A DNA stretch of 64,000 bases from the human T2T-CHM13v2.0 reference genome, Homo sapiens, in the NCBI RefSeq assembly GCF_009914755.1, contig NC_060930.1, one strand, 5' to 3'. Within the stretch, counting starts at the first letter, position 1. Every line of letters starts with the position of its first letter. The notes beneath the pieces were generated by a model that did not search any database, was not told where the DNA came from, and saw only the letters and a list, made by a program, of their open reading frames with translations. Positions 55,374 to 64,000 of this stretch are shown here, one piece after another. A program made the position numbers and the translations under genes.

Positions 55374-56883
55374 GTTACTATGAAGAGTAGGGATGTTTCT
55401 TGGTAGATATATCATAGTCTAGCATATAGTAGATGCATCAACAATACGTTTAACAAGAATTTGTGAAACAATTAAAACTTTGGCTTTGGTATCCTGCTGT
55501 TCCTTTAAACACTATGCAGTAGAGATCATCGTCTCCTGCTCCTGATGAAAACTCAGACAGGCTCATGAATTCTCTATTCCCTCCTAGGTAATAGATGGTC
55601 CTACCATAGCTTTAAATCACAACACTGTCTCAATTCAGACATGCGAATGTCCAGCCTAAGACATTCATCAAACTCTGAACTTGATTTAATAGCCAGTGTT
55701 CTCTCCTCCCCAGTACCCGTCTGCAGCCCAGCAGCCTGCAGGGTGGGCTGCATAGATACACGTGTGTATGTATTATCTTTCTTTTCTTTAAAAAAAATCA
55801 CCAAAATATTACTTTGCTAAGGACTTAACTTAGAAAATCCAAAATGTAAATGGCCAATGATAGCCCTGGATGTTTTCTTTTTCTGCATGAATTTTAATGC
55901 TTACTTTTAGGCCTGAAAATCCACAGAAGCATTCATAAGGGAGGGGTTGCTCTGTGGCCATCGGACAAACCATGAATTTGGGGCTCATTTCCAGACAGTG
56001 CCCTGCTCTGTAGGATCTCTGACCAGGTGAGCGGGACTCCGAGTGCAGCAGGCAGGCAGGAGCACACGGCCACAGGGGTCTCATCTGTGCTGGAGAAACG
56101 GGACCCAGAACCACAGCACACAGATAACTGCTGGTGGGAGGAACCTCACAGGCCACGAGACAATCCCTTTGCTCAGGGAAGGGCAGCTGAGCTCACTTCC
56201 CCAGGCCACCCAGGAGAAACCAGCAGAGCTAGGGGCAGAAGTCAGTCTTTAGCTACAGATGAATCACTTCATTTAAAATACCAAGTGGTCTTCGAAGTCT
56301 ACACCCTTTCTAAGTCAACAAAAATCAAGTGAGGTTCACAAGTGATTATTCGGCACTGCTTCTTATACATTCCATGAGTAATTTCTGATACTTGCAAGGC
56401 TTCCTTCCAGGGAGAAAAAGGCGAGTTAAGTATTGTCTCTGCTTTTAAGGAACTGATCATCTTGACAGGATGAATGATGAGATAAAATTTAAGAGAAACT
56501 GACTAAAATGCAGTATTAATTCCAAAAATAGATAATCGTAGGATGAAGAAGGCAAAATTAATAGCAACAAACGTAAGAAAGACTTGAGGTGTGGCCTGAA
56601 CCCAGGATCAACCTACAGCCTCACTGGTGCATGCGCCTGACTCTTGGTTTGTCTTACTTGGAACAAGTTTCACAGACAAGGACAGCTGCGGCCTCCCTTC
56701 CCCCGGCCCTATGAGAGGAGGTCTCCTATTTTTAGTACTAGAGCCTACTTTTTTAGCCACCCATAAAAGGCAACTAGGGGAGTATGTCTGGGATTGATAA
56801 GGGACTGAAGTCTATGTTTACAAGGGATTTTCCCACCTAAGAAAGAGTTATGAGTGGCTCTGCTGCTCTCTTCCTGGAACTAG

Positions 56884-57272
<389 letters not shown>

Positions 57273-58724
57273 GAAACATGCAGTTTTTAATGCAACATTT
57301 CCCCCTAAATTTTACTGTCATGTCTTTATTGATAATGTCCTGACATTTCAAAATTCAAAGAATACAAAGAGCATTTTTGTAAAATCCCCATCCATCCAGT
57401 TCCCCTCCCAGGAGACAAGAATATTGTGTCTCTTTAGCATCCATTCAGAGATAGAAGAATCTTCTCACAGGTAAAAAGGGATCCATGCATGGAATGGTCT
57501 GATGCAAGCGGTAACCAGGACTTCATCATTGATGGTCAAAGTCCACTTGGCAGGGGTGATGCTGAAGGGATCAGATAAAAGCACACAAACAGACCTCCAA
57601 GTCCCTGCCAACCCGAGACTCCATGGCATGATTCCCGTCCCCCTGCTATGAATGTGGAAACTCAGAGCCAGGCGGTGCCGCTCTCCCAAACCCCTGCACC
57701 TGTTTCACATCTAAACCCACACGGTGCAGGCAGGGGCAGCAGCATGTCACCCAGCAGATGCTTCCTCTCCCTTTCAGCACGGCTTTGCTTCCTGAAGGCG
57801 CTCTGGTGTTCCATACAGTGACCCTTGACCCCTCCGCAGTTTCATCCCAGCCCTTCTCCCAGCATCTCTGCAGCTGCCCTCCCTCCCTCTTCTCCTGTGG
57901 TCTCTACCAGAGTTTCTGCTCCTCCTTTTCTGTTCCTTAGGCCCTGGGTCCCATCGTGTGCAGCCAGCTTTCTCTAGTCCTCCTGGACCCGGCTTCCTGA
58001 TCCCCAACGGGCAGCATCTGGCAGTTCTCTGAAATTCCACCACAGGAGGAAGTCCAGAGATAAAGGATATCGACCCGGGAGTCACAATGTAACTGGCCAT
58101 CCCAGTTCGTTCGGATCAACATTGGTCTTTACAACACTATTGAAAATGGCCTCATAAACTAATAAAACCACACTGTCTTACTAAGAGTAGCCACAGAGGT
58201 ATAAGTTTTGAGAAGCTATTTTTCATATGGTTTCATTTGAAATTAAAATTTTTAGCACCAACATTTCTATACTGTGGCCATCAGTTAAACAGTCCACAAA
58301 AGATATTACAGCCCTCGCCTCTGTCAGCCAGAGGCTGCCTCACCTCCTCCCCATCCAACCCACCATGTACCCCCAGAAAGAGCCAGCCTGGTCATTAGAG
58401 TGATAGCCACACAGACCCACGTACTCTTCACCACAACTCCACAAAGGTGGTGCTGAGGTTGGCTCTGTTTCAGAGATGGAAACCCTGTGGCACTAAGGTG
58501 GGTGTCATCCTCTGAGCAGAGCAGGCCTCAAGCAGCATGGCCAGGATCTCACATCCCCACAGCTTCCTGCCATTGCTTCAGACTCCTGGCGAGTGAGGGT
58601 TCAAGCACTGGCCCATCGATAGTCACATCCCAGCTATTTCAAAGGAGGACAGGCTCTGGGTGTCCACATACAGTACAAACCACAGATCAATGTAAATGCC
58701 AACAAGATCAGCGTCTTGGAAGAG

Positions 58725-58925
58725 AAGATTCTGACATCAGACTTCCTGGTTTGGATCTGACTGTGCCAGCTGTGCAAACCACAGCCAGTTCCTTCCTCCC
58801 TCTGTGCCTCAGTTTCCTCATCCATCACAAGGGGTGAGCATCACCTGCCCCACAGTGTGGTGAGAACCCAATGAGGGAGTGCACATTTTGCGTGGCCCAG
58901 TGCCTGACATGTGGCCTGAATTCCA
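58725..58925 (+). mobile_element. MIR SINE
   Basis: ctctgtgcctcagtttcctcatc core; cagtgcctgacatgtgg. Confidence 0.75.
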
Positions 58926-59610
58926 CGATGTCAGCTGTGGTTCCTGCCGTCCTCGCTTTCTGGAGTACTTTGGATTCATTGGGCTTCTATATCCTGGGCC
59001 AAAATATTAGAGTCAGAATGAGGAACTTACTGCAACCATTAAAACCACTGTGGAAGAGGGGAATAAGCAAGCATTACTTGCAGGTTCCCCAAGGCAGGAC
59101 TGGACCCGGTGGGGCAGAGCAAGTTGCAGTCCGGCCCATGCATGCAGGCCAGGGAGAGCCGGGCCAGCCCCACATGGACCAGCCATTCCAATTTCTGCTT
59201 GTCATTGTAAAGTTTCTGACTGAGGTGAACAGTTGAAATTCGTTCATTTAATTTTAAGTTCACCCATAAACTGCATGAATAATGAATTAACGCTCTGGAG
59301 AGGCTGCAAATATAAGGCAGTAGCGGCAAAATACAATTCAACCCAGAAAACAACCCACTAATCACCTGATGGAAAAAACCCACAAGAAGAGTCCGTAGCA
59401 GGGAGGCATCGAGGCAGCAGCAGGATTTCTAAGGCTGTGAAGGAGGTGTGGAAGTGAAGGGGAGATTTCGCGTGCTCTGAGCACCATCCGCATGCAGGGG
59501 CCTGGTAGACCGCGACTGTGGATGGCGGCAGCTGCCACTCTAAAACTGCATGCGTACAATCTCACTTCTGCCCTCCTGCCCTGCTCCACATCCCTCTGCA
59601 CTCTGGATCC

Positions 59611-61780
59611 CATTCCCTCATCCATGGATTCCCTCATTCCCTCATCCATGGATTCCCTCATTCCCTCATCCATGGATTCCCTCATTCCCTCATCCATGGA
59701 TTCCCTCATTCCCTCACCCATGGAATCGCTCATTCCCTCACCCATATATTCCCTCACCCATACATTCCCTCATTACCTCACCCATGCGTTCCCTCATTCC
59801 CTCACCCATGCGTTCCCTCATTCCCTCACCCATGCATTCCCTCATTCCCTCACTCATGGATTCCCTCATTCCCTCACCCGTGCATTCCCTCCTTTCCTCA
59901 CCCATGGATTCCCTCATTCCCTCACCCATGCATTCCCTCATTTCCTCACCCATGCATTCCCTCATTCCCTCACCCATGCATTCCCTCATTCCCTCACCCA
60001 TGCGTTCCCTCATTCCCTCACCCATGCGTTCCCTCATTCCCTCACCCATGAGTTCCCTCATTTCCTCACCCATGCCTTCCCTCATTTCCTCACCCATGGA
60101 TTCCCTCATTCCCTCACCCATGCGTTCCCTCATTCCCTCACCCATGCGTTCCCTCATTCCCTCACCCATGCGTTCCCTCATTCCCTCACCCATGCGTTCC
60201 CTCATTCCCTCACCCATGCGTTCCCTCATTCCCTCACCCATGCGTTCCCTCATTCCCTCACCCATGCGTTCCCTCATTCCCTCACCCATGCGTTCCCTCA
60301 TTCCCTCACCCATGCGTTCCCTCATTCCCTCACCCATGCGTTCCCTCATTCCCTCACCCATGCGTTCCCTCATTCCCTCACCCATGCGTTCCCTCATTCC
60401 CTCACCCATGCGTTCCCTCATTCCCTCACCCATGCGTTCCCTCATTCCCTCACCCATGCGTTCCCTCATTCCCTCACCCATGCGTTCCCTCATTCCCTCA
60501 CCCACGGATTCCCTCATTCCCTCATCCACGGATTCCCTCATTCCCTCATCCACGGATTCCCTCATTCCTCATCCACGGATTCCCTCATTCCCTCATCCAT
60601 GGATTCCCTCATTCCCTCATCCACGGATTCCCTCATTCCCTCACCCATACATTCCCTCATTCCCTCATCCATGGATTCCCTCATTCCCTCACCCATACAT
60701 TCCCTCATTTCCTCATCCATGGATTCCCTCATTCCCTCACCCACGGATTCCCTCATTCCCTCATCCATGAATTCCCTCATTCCCTCACCCATGCATTCCC
60801 TCATTCCCTCACCCATGGATTCCTTCATTCCCTCATCCATGGATCCCTCATTCCCTCAACCATGGATTCCCTCATTCCCTCACCCACGGATTCCCTCATT
60901 CCCTCACCCACGGATTCCCTCATTCCCTCACCCACGGATTCCCTCATTCCCTCACCCATGCATTCCCTCATTCCCTCACCCACGGATTCCCTCATTCCCT
61001 CACCCATGCATTCCCTCATTCCCTCACCCATGCATTCCCTCATTCCCTCACCCATGCATTCCCTCATTCCCTCACCCATGCATTCCCTCATTCCCTCACC
61101 CCTGGATTCCCTCATTCCCTCACCCATGCATTCCCTCATTCCCTCACCCCTGGATTCCCTCATTCCCTCACCCATGCATTCCCTCATTCCCTCATCCATG
61201 CATTCCTTCATTCCCTCATTCATGGATTCCCTCATTCCCTCACCCATGGATTCCTTCATTCCCTCACCCATGGATTCCCTCATTCCCTCACCCATGGATT
61301 CCCTCATTCCCTCACCTATGCATTCCCTCATTCCCTCACCCATGCATTCCCTCATTTCCTCACCCATGCATTCCCTCACCCCTGGATTCCCTCATTCCCT
61401 CACCCATGCATTCCCTCATTCCCTCACCCATGCATTCCCTCATTTCCTCACCCATGGATTCCCTCATTCCCTCACCCATGGATTCCCCCATTCCCTCACC
61501 CATGCATTCCCTCATTCCTTCATCCATGCATTCCCTCATTCCCTCATTCATGGATTCCCTCATTCCCTCACCCATGCGTTCCCTCATTCCCTCATCCATG
61601 GATTCCCTCATTCCCTCATCCATGGATTCCCTCATTCCCTCATCCATGGATTCCCTCATTCCCTCATCCATGGATTCCCTCATTCCCTCATCCATGGATT
61701 CCCTCATTCCCTCATCCATGGATTCCCTCATTCCCTCATTCACACATTCACTCATTCCCTCATTCATGCATTCACTCATT
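59611..61780. repeat. ~2.2 kb 24-bp VNTR (ttccctcattccctcacccatgcg and variants), ~90 units
   Basis: Seen directly; 16 identical units at 60101-60484. Confidence 0.98.
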
Positions 61781-62142
61781 CTTTTTGCAGCTCTTCATCC
61801 CATCCCTGCCGGGTGCCAGGCCTCATGCCAAGACTGCCTCTCCCTCGTGGAGCTTCAGTGTCAAGCTCCAGTCCATGTGACTGCTCCAGGCCACAGCAAC
61901 AACTCCTGTTATGCTTGAAGGAAACTCAAACATGCAATTTAATCGGAAACTTGATGTATTTATTTCTGTGGTACCAGAGTGGGTACAGTAGAAAGGAGAA
62001 TTTCTACTAGCAGAATTTTCTAGAAAGAGAATGATCTTAAGTTTGACAAAACACTTAAACAGACCCTTAGTTAGTTACACAGAAGAAAAGTCTCAGGCTT
62101 GGAAAAGAGAGGCTTAGATAATGAAAATAGAAATATGTATAT

Positions 62143-62144
<2 letters not shown>

Positions 62145-62180
<36 letters not shown>
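62145..62180. repeat. (GT)18 microsatellite
   Basis: Perfect dinucleotide run. Confidence 0.98.
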
Positions 62181-62182
<2 letters not shown>

Positions 62183-63033
62183 TTTAGACATGCAATTTTT
62201 ATATACAGGTCTATGCAATGTATATGTATGTGTCTGTGTGTGGATCGTGGGTGGATAGAGAGAGAAATGTCACTATGAAACCCCAAGGATGGTGTGCCCA
62301 TGTGAAAGGTGCTCACGTGGCGGGGACAGACAGTGCCGGCCACCAGCAGTAATGGACGCTCTCCGACTTCCAGCTTTTCCACATCTTTGCTTCACTTCTC
62401 CCTTGTCCCTGGCAGAGCCATGTGCACTGGTGGTTCCGGGAGGGATGGTGTGGTGGGGGCTGTCCATGCAGGGTGCTTTGCAGTGTGGGGTGAGGACAGC
62501 TGCCCAGAGGGACAGCAACCCACCCCTGCAGGGAGGACTGAGGGGAAATGCACCCACAGGACCCAGGGCTGCATGGTGCTGAGCTGGGGAGGAAGGGTGC
62601 ATGCACAGAAACCCTGGGGAGGGCACTGCACAGCCATGGCCTCACCAGGCGTTTGGCTGTGAGATACTCAAAGAACAGGTGACATGGGAGGACAGCCTGA
62701 GCTGGGTGCAGAGTCAGGCATGTGCCCTCTGTTCCATGGGGTTTCAACTAGTGAGCGTCCCTGAGGTAGAGCCATCCCAGCGGTTGAGCTCTGCACCCTC
62801 AAGTCTCCATGCCCTTCGATGCTCTTACCATCCAAGGTCAGCCAAGGCATATAGAACCCCCACCCCCAACTGTGGGCAGTGTGCAGGCACGGCAGGTGCT
62901 CAGTATGGCGGGCAGACAGGGGGACCTGCTTGGCTGAAATGCAGCAGATGTGTGGGTGCTCAAGCCAGGGCCAGGCTACAGGGAGCCCTGTCTGCTTCTA
63001 TGACTGCAGGGCCCATGGCCCCCACGAACCAGC

Positions 63034-63393
63034 TGGATTAGTCGGTTTTCATGCTGCTGATAAAGACATACTTGAGACTGAAAAGAAAAAGAGGTTTAAC
63101 GGACTTACGGTTCCACATGGCTGGGGAGGCCTCACAATCATGGCAGAAAGCAAGGAGGATCAAGTCATGTCTTACATGGATGGTAGAAGGTAAAGAGAGA
63201 GCTTGTGCAGGAAAACTCTTCTTGATAAAACCAATAGATTGTGTGAGATTTATTCACTATCATGAGAACAGCGCAGGAAAGACCTGCCCCATCATTCAAT
63301 TACCTCCCACTGGATCCCTCCCACAACACATGGGAATTCTGGGAGTTACAATTCAAGACGAGATTTGGGTAGAGACACAGCCAAACCATATCA
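63034..63393 (-). mobile_element. THE1 (C-like) MaLR solo LTR, 360 bp
   Basis: gctgctgataaagacata..gttccacatggctggggaggcctcacaatcatggcagaa..cacagccaaaccatatca; perfect 5-bp TSD ccagc. Confidence 0.95.
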
Positions 63394-63659
63394 CCAGCCA
63401 AGGGGGTTGGAGGTTATGGGGAGGGGTCTAGACTGTGGACAGCCAGTTCTCAAGCAGGCCAAGACCAGCAGGACCACCCGCCTGCCCCTCATCCTGTTGC
63501 AGATTCACAGCGGCCCAGCTGTGGCTGGAGGTCATGGCCACACATGGCCATGGAGCCCTGGAAACCTGCTTGTGCCAACAGAGATGCACTGTGCTAGGAG
63601 GCCCACACTCAGCAGGAAGGGAAAAGCTGCCCATTAACCATTGTTTATGTTGATAAATA

Positions 63660-63820
63660 TTGAAACTGATGGGTTGAAATGTGAAATGATACTTTGGATG
63701 TAGTAGGTTAAATAAAATACATTATTGAAATGAGTTGTATCTGTTTCCTTTTACTTTTTTAGGGTGGCTCCTGGAAACATAAACTCATGCAAGCATTGCA
63801 TTTCTATGGGACAGCGCTGC
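63660..63820. mobile_element. MER33/MER3-like hAT-Charlie fragment
   Basis: ggttaaataaaatacattattgaaat..tgtttccttttacttttt..tttctatgggacagcgctg. Confidence 0.7.
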
Positions 63821-64000
63821 TGCCAGCTAGCTGCGTCTTATCAGTCTCTGCCCCTCCCACACCCTCCTAGCTCAGGGTGAACACAGCCAGGCTGAAGGAA
63901 GCCTCATCTGATGGACAGGACCTCATCTGGATTCATCAGGAAGGAAGGAAGTCTGGCCCTCCCTGCATGTGACCATGGCCACTCCCATGGTCAGCAGCCT

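Overview
Primate (human-like) non-coding genomic DNA, probably a large intron or intergenic stretch. I could not identify the locus and found no credible protein-coding gene, RNA gene or CRISPR array. Every long ORF in the track comes from a tandem or low-complexity repeat, an Alu, or a decayed transposon. The window holds about 13 Alus, several old L1, L2 and MIR fragments, LTRs (MLT1, MLT2, LTR1-family, MER50-like, MST, THE1), DNA transposons (near full-length Tigger1, Tigger4a/MER46, MER2, MER58, MER33) and many minisatellites. The most notable structure is the Tigger1 at 30957-35118 with three nested retro-insertions. One of them is an unclassified 327-bp polyadenylated insert with AATAAA and a 14-bp target-site duplication, i.e. 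an orphan retrocopy or transduction. Other highlights are an ancient twin-primed L1 inversion, a dispersed ~186-bp duplication landing in a MIR, large VNTRs that seem to have grown from L2/MIR tails, and candidate enhancers and non-coding exons. Repeat family names come from recalled consensus sequences and were not checked with RepeatMasker; boundaries of old repeats are approximate.
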